Positions 1 to 8,343 of a stretch of DNA of 28,039 bases are shown here, in pieces. Numbering within the stretch: the stretch's first letter is position 1; the number at the start of each line of letters is the position of its first letter. This DNA comes from Candidatus Omnitrophota bacterium (lineage in GTDB: Bacteria; Omnitrophota; Gorgyraeia; Zapsychrales; Zapsychraceae), in NCBI GenBank assembly GCA_018399915.1, contig JAGYNW010000001.1:1-28039 (forward strand). The letters are read 5' to 3'. Position numbers and translations under genes: made by a program. The notes below the pieces were generated by a model. It was not told the DNA's origin, did not search any database, and worked only from the letters and a program-made list of their open reading frames with translations.

Positions 1-272
1 GTTGTAATCGAGGCGGTATTCTCGCGGAACGGAAACCGCCCCCCAAAGGTCAAAGCGTGCATACAGGGAAATGCCGCATGCGCGATCGCCGCGCAAAAAT
101 GCTTGGGGGGATGCGTAAAATCCTCCCAGATAAATTCATCCCCGACCCTGTAATTGTGATAACAAAAATGGCCTTCATCTTTAATCACGGTAAATTTCAA
201 TTTGGGAAACTGCGTACGTACCAGCTCCATATCTTTATCTTTCTGGTTCTGATCATGATCTGTCGGGTTCAT
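1..272 (-). CDS. TIGR04076-family-like small Cys-containing protein, partial (runs off the left edge; absent from the ORF track)
   Basis: ATG at 272 preceded by AAGGAG. Manual translation MNPTDHDQNQKDKDMELVRTQFPKLKFTVIKDEGHFCYHNYRVGDEFIWEDFTHPPKHFCAAIAHAAFPCMHALTFGGRFPFRENTASIT... has no stop to the edge. The C-x5-GD-x-F...P-x2-FC-x2-(I)-x-H...FP...L-x-FGG-x-FP pattern resembles TIGR04076 proteins as I recall them. Confidence 0.7.
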   Translation of the reverse strand, partial: MNPTDHDQNQKDKDMELVRTQFPKLKFTVIKDEGHFCYHNYRVGDEFIWEDFTHPPKHFCAAIAHAAFPCMHALTFGGRFPFRENTASIT

Positions 273-305
273 AAAAAACTCCTTGCTGTTAAATTGAAAA
301 AGAAA

Positions 306-845
306 CTACTCGTCTTTATACTGGTCGATCCAGCGGGCTGCTTCATAGATCGTGGGCGCGACATGGTCCGGTTGCGCGGTGATCTCTTCGAAATGTTTTT
401 TTCCGTGCCCGGTAAGGACATACACGGACCCGGCACCAACATTATGGGCCAGTTCAATATCATGCGGATGATCGCCGATGACATAGGAACCTTTCAGGTC
501 AAGGCCGTAACTTTCTTCGGCGGCCTTGAGAAAAAAGTCATTGGGCTTATGGCATTCACAATTATCTTCACGCAAATGCGGGCAATAATAGGTCTGCCTA
601 ATATGGATACCCTGCTTTTTAAGCTCGTCTTGAATGTATTTGTTGAAGGTGACTAGGTCATCTTCACTGAAATATTTCCGGGCAACCCCGGACTGGTTGG
701 TAACGATAAACAAAACAAAACTCTGTTGCAGAAGTCTGAGCGCCTCAAAGGCCCGGGGAATAAACTCCAAACGGTCAGGATCGCAAAAATACCCGATATC
801 CTCGTTAATGGTCCCGTCTCTATCTAAAAAAATCGCTTTTTGCAT
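306..845 (-). CDS. gmhB: HAD-IIIA phosphatase, D-glycero-D-manno-heptose 1,7-bisphosphate phosphatase / histidinol-phosphatase-like
   Basis: AIFLDRDGTIN (DxDGT), VTNQSG, zinc motif CPH-x5-CECHKP, IGDHPHD. Start moved to the ATG at 845 (MQKAIFLD), which has GAGGAG upstream. Substrate cannot be proven from sequence. Confidence 0.8.
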   Translation of the reverse strand: MQKAIFLDRDGTINEDIGYFCDPDRLEFIPRAFEALRLLQQSFVLFIVTNQSGVARKYFSEDDLVTFNKYIQDELKKQGIHIRQTYYCPHLREDNCECHKPNDFFLKAAEESYGLDLKGSYVIGDHPHDIELAHNVGAGSVYVLTGHGKKHFEEITAQPDHVAPTIYEAARWIDQYKDE

Positions 846-1036
846 ACGGTTTATGGCTCTCCTCTCTACTCGCCGGCCTGTTTTGAGGAATTTTAACCCC
901 AAAACGTTGATCCATTGTATCAATAAAATCCCGGGAAGCCAATATAAATCCTTTCCGAATCCGTTCGCGCAATTTTCTTCGAGGATCCATCATCCTTCTT
1001 TGAAACAGACAGACTTTCTGACCACAGTTTGCCCGA

Positions 1037-1357
1037 TTAAAAGGTTACGACCTTATCGGATTCCTTAACGATATCATACATATCCTTCATAGTGGAAATC
1101 GGGCACATCTCAGAACCTTCCTGTTCTCTCGACTTAATACAACTGCCGCAAGCGTATATTTTACCGCCTGACTGCATGATCTTTTCCGCCTGATCAACCG
1201 TATTGAATTTTTCCGTGCTGATCTTTTGATATTCAACACCCTTACCCATGAAGAACACTTTTAACTCATCACCCTGATCTAAAGCAAAATTTCCATAGCG
1301 TAATGCGTTCCAGCAGGTCTCAACATCATTACTCGAGATCACAATTCCTATCTTCAT
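1037..1357 (-). CDS. DsrE/DsrF-like family protein (putative sulfur relay / peroxiredoxin-like)
   Basis: 106 aa: MKIGIVISSND..WNALRYGNFAL..VFFMGKGVE..YACGSCIKSR..CPISTMKDMYDIVKESDKVVTF, a typical DsrE pattern. GAGGAGG RBS upstream. Confidence 0.85.
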   Translation of the reverse strand: MKIGIVISSNDVETCWNALRYGNFALDQGDELKVFFMGKGVEYQKISTEKFNTVDQAEKIMQSGGKIYACGSCIKSREQEGSEMCPISTMKDMYDIVKESDKVVTF

Positions 1358-1373
1358 TTCATCCTCCTCATTC

Positions 1374-2006
1374 TCAATTTTTCTGCGCTTTTATAACAAC
1401 AAATCCGCCCTGACCGTACCCTTTTTTAAAAGGCTGTATGGTCTTTATGCTGTGAATATCTGCAAAAAGTGTCTGCACAAAGTTCAACCGCTTGAACCCG
1501 GCCTCCTGCGTCAGCTGAAGGACTTCTCTCACAGAATAAAATGTTGCGCATTGGTAAAATTTGTTTCCGCTTTTCTTGTCCTGATATTGTTTCCCCAAAA
1601 AGCTATCCTTGTCAATAAATCCCACAATCAGGACACCTGGCGCCCTGAGGACACGGTAAGCCTCCCGGAAAGAGGCCATGACATCATCCAAAAAGCAAAT
1701 GGTCGTTACCATCATGACATAATCAAAGGAGGCATCATCAAAGGGCAATTCTTCTGCCTTTGCGTTAACGGTTTTTATGCCACGGGTTTCAGCCAACGTC
1801 CTCATGCCAGCTGACGGGTCAACTCCTGTCTTGATCCCCAGCGGCCCGGCAAATCGACCACTCCCAACCCCGATTTCAAGACCTGTGCCGCCTTCCGGCA
1901 ACTGTGACCTTAACGCCTCCAATTCAGACTGATATATCGAAGGATTTTTATCAAACCACGCTTCATATTCCTTGAAATATTCTTCAAACGATTTTATCTT
2001 TGGCAT
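1374..2006 (-). CDS. Class I SAM-dependent methyltransferase (Methyltransf_11-like)
   Basis: Motif I GLEIGVGSGRF, GVDPS, AEELPFDDASFDYV, REAYRVLRAPGVL. Confidence 0.9.
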   Translation of the reverse strand: MPKIKSFEEYFKEYEAWFDKNPSIYQSELEALRSQLPEGGTGLEIGVGSGRFAGPLGIKTGVDPSAGMRTLAETRGIKTVNAKAEELPFDDASFDYVMMVTTICFLDDVMASFREAYRVLRAPGVLIVGFIDKDSFLGKQYQDKKSGNKFYQCATFYSVREVLQLTQEAGFKRLNFVQTLFADIHSIKTIQPFKKGYGQGGFVVIKAQKN

Positions 2007-2538
2007 TCCGCTCTAAAATTTCATGATATATTTTATAAAGTTTCTTTTTATACCCGCGTTGAAGCTCAATTGTATGCTCCCTGCCCATAAAGACGGGATG
2101 ATGCGTAGCCACAATCAATTGGCAACCCAACTGGGCAACCTTTCTGAACCCCCGGCTGATCCGGATCATCCATTCTACATCCTGCCCAGACTCCGGCTCA
2201 TCCAGAAGAAGCGTGTCGCCTTTACCGAGAGGAATAGAGGCCAACACATCCCGCATGGTCTCCCCGTGCGAAGAGAACATGGCCCGCGCCCGGACAAGAG
2301 AATTACCCCTCATGCTCTTGCGGTGAGGGTTCATCAATTCCCCGTCATAATAAAAGTGGTTTGTTGGACCGTCTTCGATCTTTTTGCAATCCTGGCACTC
2401 ATAGATGGCTTTAAGCAGGCTGCTTTTTCCCGAACCATTAGGGCCCAAGAGCAAATTGATCCTTTCAGAAAAATCAAAGGCCTTTGCCTTGCGCACAAAG
2501 CGCTGATGATTAAAACAAAGCTCAATCCGTTTTAACAT
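1984..2538 (-). CDS. Small stand-alone ABC-type/AAA ATPase (COG3910-like)
   Basis: Walker A GPNGSGKS, signature-like SSHGE, Walker B LLLDEPE, H-loop ATHH. Start placed at MLKRIE (ATG 2538); the ORF track start is 2550. Confidence 0.85.
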   Translation of the reverse strand: MLKRIELCFNHQRFVRKAKAFDFSERINLLLGPNGSGKSSLLKAIYECQDCKKIEDGPTNHFYYDGELMNPHRKSMRGNSLVRARAMFSSHGETMRDVLASIPLGKGDTLLLDEPESGQDVEWMIRISRGFRKVAQLGCQLIVATHHPVFMGREHTIELQRGYKKKLYKIYHEILERNAKDKIV

Positions 2539-2569
2539 AACTGATCCCATCCTTGATTTTAAAATCTAT

Positions 2570-5500
2570 CTATTCAGGTGAGACAATGCCTTTGTGGACG
2601 ACCGTATAAACGCATGGAATCACGAATAATGTCAGCAACATAGACACCGACAGCCCTCCGACAACCGTGATGGCCAAAGGTCTTAACATCTCCAGCCCCT
2701 CACCCAAACCAAAAACGAGAGGCGACAATCCAATAATAGTTGTAATGCTTGTCATCAAGATCGGCCGGACTCTGAGCGACGAGCCTTCAATCACGGCATC
2801 GTAAACAGCAAGCAATTTTTCCTTCCGCAGATTGTTTATATATTCAACCAGCACAATGGCATTATTAACGACTATCCCGACCAGCAAAATAAGCCCAAGA
2901 AAAACCGTTGCCCCAAAAGGAATCCTTGTGATCCACAGCAAAAGGAACGCGCCGATCAAAGCTAAAGGCAGAGTAACCATGATGATCACCGGATCTATCA
3001 ACGAATCGTACTGAACCGCCATGACCACGAACAAAAGAAAAACCGCAAGCGCAATGACTATGATCAACTGGGCATTGGATTCCTTGGCCGCTTCTTCCTC
3101 CCCTCCGTATTCCAAAGAATATCCGGCAGGCAAAATGAACCCGCTCAAACGTTTCTTTATTTCATCCGTAATCTTCCCGACATTCCTGCCAACCGCGTCA
3201 CCGGTAACTGCAATCAACCGCACCTGATCCTCACGGTCAATCTGCACAGGCCCTTGTGATACCTCAATGGTTGCCACCTCTTTAAGCCTCACCTCAACGC
3301 CTGTGGGAGGAAAAATCAAGGCGTTTTCTATCGCCTCTTTGCTGCTGACGACACGCGGATCAGCTAACACACGGATATCATAGTCAACATTCCGATCCTT
3401 ATCCGTAAACTGTGTGCTTACCAAGCCGTCGACAGACGTCCGCACCACATCCGACAGATCACGCGCGGTAAGGTTAAAATTGTTTAATTTCTCCCGGTTG
3501 ACAAAAATATGTATCTCAGGCCGGGAGAAATCAACCGAGATATCAAGGTTTCCTAATCCTTCAATGTCTTTTATCCTGCCCTGGATATCTTCAGCTATCT
3601 CATTAATTTTATCCAGATTAAAACCTTTTATACGAATATCGATATCAGATGTCGATGTCCTTTTAATCCCGCGCAGCGGCGTGCGCATTACCTTGATCTT
3701 CGCTCCTTTAAGAGGATTTTCCTTCAATTGTTGTTGCAGTTTCCTGATAACCGCCGCGGTAGGAAGCGGACGTTCGGACTTTTCGGCAAGCTCAACCGTA
3801 ATATCCGCTTCATTGCTTTTCTCATAAACGTTTCTTTTCTGCCAATACCCGCCAACCATGGATGAAATTTTTTTCACCCCGGGCAAAGCATTAATCCTCT
3901 CTTCAAGTTTTTTGACAACCCTATCTGTCTTTTCCAAGGCCGCCCCTACCGGGAGCTTGACTTTGATCGTTATCTTGCCGTCATCAATCTGCGGTAAAAA
4001 TTCCCTGCCCAGACTACGGGCCAGGAAAATACTGCCGACAAACAAAATCACAACAGTTATCAGTACTATACCCCGGTGGGTCAACACCCCTTTTAAAAGT
4101 TTTTTATATGCCGCGGTACCTTTGGCTATGACTTTCCTGGTAAAATTATCTTCATCCGCGCCTTTTTTATTTTTAAACAGATGCGCGGACAGGCAAGGCA
4201 CAACAGTCAAACTTACTAAAAGCGAAATGATAAATGCCACCGTTACGGTCACGACTATATCCCGGAAAAGCAAAGACGCTATTCCCGTAATAAAAAAGAA
4301 CGGAACAATCGCCGCGAGATTCGTCAAGGTCGAAGCCACAAGCGCGCTGGTGACTTCCTTGCTTCCGATATGAGCCGCCTTTCGCGGATTCCCTGCATCG
4401 CTTTGATGCCGGGTGATATTCTCAAGCATAACAACAGAGTTATCCACAAGCATGCCCACGGCCAGCACAAGCCCGCCGAGAGAAAATATATTCAAGGTTA
4501 CATCAAAAAAAGCCATAAGGATAAACGTACCGAAAATGCTTACCGGGATGGCTACCGCGATAACCAGCGTTCGTTTCATATTATGCAAAAAGAACCATAT
4601 GGTCAGCATCGCAAGAATTCCACCGATAACCGCTGATGAACCGACATTTTTAACGGAATTCTCAATGTAATACGACTGACTGGATGCCACCGCGTAAATT
4701 ACGTCATCGGGTATGATCTTCTTGCTTGCCAACTCTCGGGCACGCTTGTTTATTTTTGAAACAACCTCAACCGTATTGGCGTTAGGCTGCTTCAAAAAAC
4801 TCATCGTAACGCATGGCTTGCCGTTAAAACGTGTAATGACCCTCTGCTCTTCATGGGCGTCAATCACTTGAGCCACATCTTTTATCTTAATAAACCGTCC
4901 TTCGCGGTTGGCAATAATAATATTACCGATATCAGAAGGTTCTTTAAACTTCGCTAAAAGACGCACACTGTATTCTTTTTGGGTATCAGCAATCCTTCCG
5001 GCGGGAAGCTCAACATTTTCTAAACGCAAAAGATTTAATATCTTGGCGGTTGAGATTTCATACTTCTGGACCTTCTGCTGATCGAACACAATCTGAATTT
5101 CGCGCTCCCGTCCGCCTGAAGTAACCACGGCGCCCAGTCCGGGAATGCCCAAAAAATAATTGCTTAAATCATTCTCCACCCAATCGCGCAAAGCGCGTTC
5201 GTCTTTTGTTTCCGAAGAAAGAGCAATGTCAAGGATGGGCAGCTGCGATGGATCCGCCTTATAGATTTTTGGTTCATCCGCGTCTGGCGGTAATTTATTC
5301 AACACCAGATCCAGTTTCGCGCGGGTATCGGCAAGCGCCACATCCATATCTTTACCGAATTCAAAATAAACTTCTATGGATCCGTTTCCTTCTATCGCGG
5401 AAGAAACAACCTGAACAGCATCTTCGGTTGTAGCGACACTCGCCTCAACATTTTTTAAGATATTTTCTTCAATTTCCTCAGGGCTAGCCCCTTGCCAATC

Positions 5501-5647
5501 AATAAGTACCCGCACCATGGGATACGTGATTCGCGGAAGAAGGTCTACCGCGAGACCTCTGAGAAAGAAAACCCCCAGAACAACGATCATCAACGTAAGA
5601 ACCAGAACGCCGACAGGTCTTTTTATGGAAATATCACTTAAGGTCAT
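2570..5647 (-). CDS. RND efflux transporter permease (AcrB/AcrD/AcrF family)
   Basis: 1025 aa. N-terminal SIKRPV, LPVDLLP-like LAVDLLPRITYP, TM4 GMLVDNSVVMLENI, GIVVNNAIVL, RVRPILMTSITT, PLAITVVGGL. Confidence 0.97.
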   Translation of the reverse strand: MTLSDISIKRPVGVLVLTLMIVVLGVFFLRGLAVDLLPRITYPMVRVLIDWQGASPEEIEENILKNVEASVATTEDAVQVVSSAIEGNGSIEVYFEFGKDMDVALADTRAKLDLVLNKLPPDADEPKIYKADPSQLPILDIALSSETKDERALRDWVENDLSNYFLGIPGLGAVVTSGGREREIQIVFDQQKVQKYEISTAKILNLLRLENVELPAGRIADTQKEYSVRLLAKFKEPSDIGNIIIANREGRFIKIKDVAQVIDAHEEQRVITRFNGKPCVTMSFLKQPNANTVEVVSKINKRARELASKKIIPDDVIYAVASSQSYYIENSVKNVGSSAVIGGILAMLTIWFFLHNMKRTLVIAVAIPVSIFGTFILMAFFDVTLNIFSLGGLVLAVGMLVDNSVVMLENITRHQSDAGNPRKAAHIGSKEVTSALVASTLTNLAAIVPFFFITGIASLLFRDIVVTVTVAFIISLLVSLTVVPCLSAHLFKNKKGADEDNFTRKVIAKGTAAYKKLLKGVLTHRGIVLITVVILFVGSIFLARSLGREFLPQIDDGKITIKVKLPVGAALEKTDRVVKKLEERINALPGVKKISSMVGGYWQKRNVYEKSNEADITVELAEKSERPLPTAAVIRKLQQQLKENPLKGAKIKVMRTPLRGIKRTSTSDIDIRIKGFNLDKINEIAEDIQGRIKDIEGLGNLDISVDFSRPEIHIFVNREKLNNFNLTARDLSDVVRTSVDGLVSTQFTDKDRNVDYDIRVLADPRVVSSKEAIENALIFPPTGVEVRLKEVATIEVSQGPVQIDREDQVRLIAVTGDAVGRNVGKITDEIKKRLSGFILPAGYSLEYGGEEEAAKESNAQLIIVIALAVFLLFVVMAVQYDSLIDPVIIMVTLPLALIGAFLLLWITRIPFGATVFLGLILLVGIVVNNAIVLVEYINNLRKEKLLAVYDAVIEGSSLRVRPILMTSITTIIGLSPLVFGLGEGLEMLRPLAITVVGGLSVSMLLTLFVIPCVYTVVHKGIVSPE

Positions 5648-6932
5648 AACCGTTCCCCGCTATTTTTTCTATCTCTGATCTGGCAAGCCGCATATCAAGC
5701 ATGGATAAAGCCAAATTGACCTGCGCCTGAGAAAAGGCCTTTTGCGCGTCCAAAAGCTCAAGACTTGTCACCAAAGCGTCCCGGTAACGGCTCTCGAATA
5801 AATCCAGGCTGCGCTTGGCCTGGTCGAAACTTTTCCGGGCGATGGCATATCGTTTGGAAGCGGATTCATACCGTAAACGCGCGGAGGCCAACTCCAATCC
5901 TAACTGCTGGTTCAATAAATTCTCATACGATTGCAATTCTTTTTTATAAGCTTTGGCCTGTTTGACATCCGCATGAATTTTTCCCCAATCCCAAATGTTC
6001 AAATCAACCGCTAACCCGGCGGTCCAATCCGTATCCCCCTGTTGCGACCAATCTCCCCATTCGTAACCGTAACTAGAGCGGGCGTTCAGCTGGGGGTAGA
6101 AACCGCTTTTCGCGATCTTGATTTGCTCATCAGCCTCCTTAACGTCTTGGGCTAATTTCAATATTTCATAATTATTGGCCAGCGCAACCGGTGTGTCCTC
6201 TGACAAAAAAGGAGCTTCCTTAATATCTTCCACTTCAATTGAACCGCTTGAATCCAGTCCCATGGCGTTAAGAAGAGTTTTTTGCGCAATCTTAATGCCT
6301 TCCTCCGCGGTAATCAGCTCCTGTCTGACCTCGTTTACCTGCACCGCTAGACGCAAAAGCGTTTCTTCTCTTGGAACCTTGGTTCTTTTATTGAGATCAA
6401 CCGCTGTCTTGTAAGAGGACTCCGCGTATTTAAAAAGGTCTTCCTTGCTCGTCGCTATGTCCCGGGCAAAAATAAGTTGATAATAGGCAGTTTTTACTGC
6501 GAAGATTACATCTTCCTTTGCCCCGTGATACGCCTGTTGGGCCGCGTTAAGACCGTAGCGCGCTGACCTCTTTTGAGAAGTTATCTTTCCGCCGGTAAAA
6601 AGCGGCTGAGATACGATAATATCCACCTGGTAATCATTATTCGAGCCGCCCAAATACCGTTGTTTAACCTGCGGGACATACGACAACCTCTCATAACTTG
6701 CCACAGCGTCCACGTGAGGAAGGTTCGCGGCCGTGACAGAGCGCGATCTTTCTTTTTTCTGGTCAACCTTATAGGTGTAAATGCTCAGCTTGGGATGGAT
6801 CTTCAATGCCTGCGTAATGCATGCATTTAAAGAATACGTCGTTTGTTCGGTCATTGTATCATTCGCGAAAACGGAAGCACTCCAGCCCAATAAAAATAAA
6901 AAAACAAGCGTGTATCGGGAAAGATTCATCAT
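5634..6932 (-). CDS. TolC-family outer membrane efflux protein
   Basis: Sec signal peptide ending SVFA. Two OEP repeats (QPLFTGG..., VKTAYYQL, AKSGFYPQL, LNIWDWG, ELLDAQ). Stop overlaps the RND start region. Confidence 0.93.
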   Translation of the reverse strand: MMNLSRYTLVFLFLLGWSASVFANDTMTEQTTYSLNACITQALKIHPKLSIYTYKVDQKKERSRSVTAANLPHVDAVASYERLSYVPQVKQRYLGGSNNDYQVDIIVSQPLFTGGKITSQKRSARYGLNAAQQAYHGAKEDVIFAVKTAYYQLIFARDIATSKEDLFKYAESSYKTAVDLNKRTKVPREETLLRLAVQVNEVRQELITAEEGIKIAQKTLLNAMGLDSSGSIEVEDIKEAPFLSEDTPVALANNYEILKLAQDVKEADEQIKIAKSGFYPQLNARSSYGYEWGDWSQQGDTDWTAGLAVDLNIWDWGKIHADVKQAKAYKKELQSYENLLNQQLGLELASARLRYESASKRYAIARKSFDQAKRSLDLFESRYRDALVTSLELLDAQKAFSQAQVNLALSMLDMRLARSEIEKIAGNGYDLK

Positions 6933-7327
6933 TTTTTTACCTTAAACTGCTTTTTATATAAATTAAGAAATTTTTCCAAAGCCTGCTTTCGGGACCGGAT
7001 CCCTTGTGCCCAGGCGTGAAGTAAAGCCAGTCCCTTGGGAGTCAATTCATAATTTCTTTTGGCCGGCCCGGCCCCTTTTGTGTCCCATTGGGAAATAACA
7101 CACTTCTCTTTTTCCAGTGAACGAAGCGTGCGATAAACCATCGCCGGATCGGGTTTGGCTCTCTGAAAATCAAACTGATCCAGTTTATCCATCAATTCAT
7201 AACCATATGAGGGTTGTTGGGACAAAAAAAACAACAGGCAAGGCTCGGCAAAACGTGTCATCTTACCGGTGGGACATTCACATTGATCAAGTTTATATTT
7301 TTTAGCCAGGCTGCTTCCTTCAAACAT
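6929..7327 (-). CDS. PadR-family transcriptional regulator with an N-terminal CxC motif
   Basis: LLFFLSQQPSYGYELM..VYRTLRSLEKE..W...GPAKRNYELTPKG..L..W is the PadR wHTH pattern. 4-nt overlap with tolC. Confidence 0.92.
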   Translation of the reverse strand: MFEGSSLAKKYKLDQCECPTGKMTRFAEPCLLFFLSQQPSYGYELMDKLDQFDFQRAKPDPAMVYRTLRSLEKEKCVISQWDTKGAGPAKRNYELTPKGLALLHAWAQGIRSRKQALEKFLNLYKKQFKVKK

Positions 7328-7361
7328 ACACGCCCCTTGGTTTCAAGTTGATAAAGGTTTC

Positions 7362-7392
7362 ATCATCTATATGTATTTTACACATAGATGAT
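7362..7392. promoter_or_regulatory. 31-bp imperfect palindrome, candidate PadR operator
   Basis: ATCATCTAT-a-TGTA-ttt-TACA-c-ATAGATGAT, abutting the -10 of the padR promoter. Confidence 0.6.
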
Positions 7393-7418
7393 AGTAGCAG
7401 GCCCCAAAGAAATGTCAA
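7391..7418 (-). promoter_or_regulatory. sigma70-type promoter for the padR-tolC-RND cluster
   Basis: Minus strand TTGACA-N16-TACTAT with TGn extended -10. Confidence 0.6.
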
Positions 7419-7506
7419 TAAATTTTATTACAAAAGGCGCAAAAGCAGGACAATGAAAATCGCATTGTTTTCAATTTATCTTTTATCGGACGGGAAAATC
7501 TCTGGA

Positions 7507-8343
7507 CTAAGGCAGGGGTTTGTACCAGACATTCATGCTCTCAATGGCGCCGGCAATGTAGGTGTTGTTGACCAGGGTCCCGGCAAAACCGTAGTCATTC
7601 TTGGCAAAAGTCAGGTTCATGCCTGCGGATACGGCCCGGGCGATGGTAAAAGCGGTTTTCAGACCCTGAGAGGTCATATCCGCTTCCATGGCCTTCAGCA
7701 GATGATTGGCCAAGCCTTTGCGACGGTAATCCGGCAGGGTTGCAAAATCCGTCATCTCCACGGCATTGGCGTCAAGATCTTTTTCTGAGGAGGCGGCCGC
7801 GATCAAACGGCTGTCAGCTTCAATCAGGAAATAATCGATATTGGTCTCCATGGTCTGCTGAATGTAGGCCGGGTCGGTGATCGGGAACGGATACGTAGCA
7901 AAGACCTCTTTGTACAACGCGGCTAAGGCCGCGGCATCCCGGGAATCGGCCTTGCGCAGAATGTAGGGCGCCAGGTGTTTGATGTCTTTGGAAAGTTCAG
8001 GATTACGGCAAAGCGCGATGATATCGGCAATGCGATCGGCATGGGTCTGGCAAGCGCGCTTATCGTCAAAATATTTGGCCAAAAACAGACAGGTGTCGCC
8101 GTCAGGAAAATAGTCCGGCAACGTGGCCTCCGGCACATAACCGTGCTCGTGAAAAAGCGCCGCGTACTTTGCGGCGACCTTGGCAAACACCTTGGTGTAG
8201 CCGTGCTCAGCCACAAGGGCCTCGATCTTTCCGGGCACATCGGTCGCGTGATCGGGCTTGTATTTCATCAAATACACCCGATCATTCATTTTGCCGTGCT
8301 GGATCAAGGACGATCCGATCCATGAAAGCGTATCATACGTCAT
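7507..8343 (-). CDS. ablB: Putative beta-lysine N-acetyltransferase (GNAT)
   Basis: [84 protein letters not shown]. Overlaps the ablA stop. Confidence 0.9.
   Translation of the reverse strand: MTYDTLSWIGSSLIQHGKMNDRVYLMKYKPDHATDVPGKIEALVAEHGYTKVFAKVAAKYAALFHEHGYVPEATLPDYFPDGDTCLFLAKYFDDKRACQTHADRIADIIALCRNPELSKDIKHLAPYILRKADSRDAAALAALYKEVFATYPFPITDPAYIQQTMETNIDYFLIEADSRLIAAASSEKDLDANAVEMTDFATLPDYRRKGLANHLLKAMEADMTSQGLKTAFTIARAVSAGMNLTFAKNDYGFAGTLVNNTYIAGAIESMNVWYKPLP

Noticed and set aside
57-656. 199-aa plus-strand ORF and other long antisense ORFs (e.g. 2023-2535, 8258-9127, 9236-9751, 16998-17531)
   Set aside because: They lie opposite well-supported genes and show no recognisable motifs; treated as shadow ORFs.
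846-923. N-terminal extension of the GmhB-like ORF in the track
   Set aside because: The family motif begins at MQKAIFLD and an RBS precedes ATG 845.
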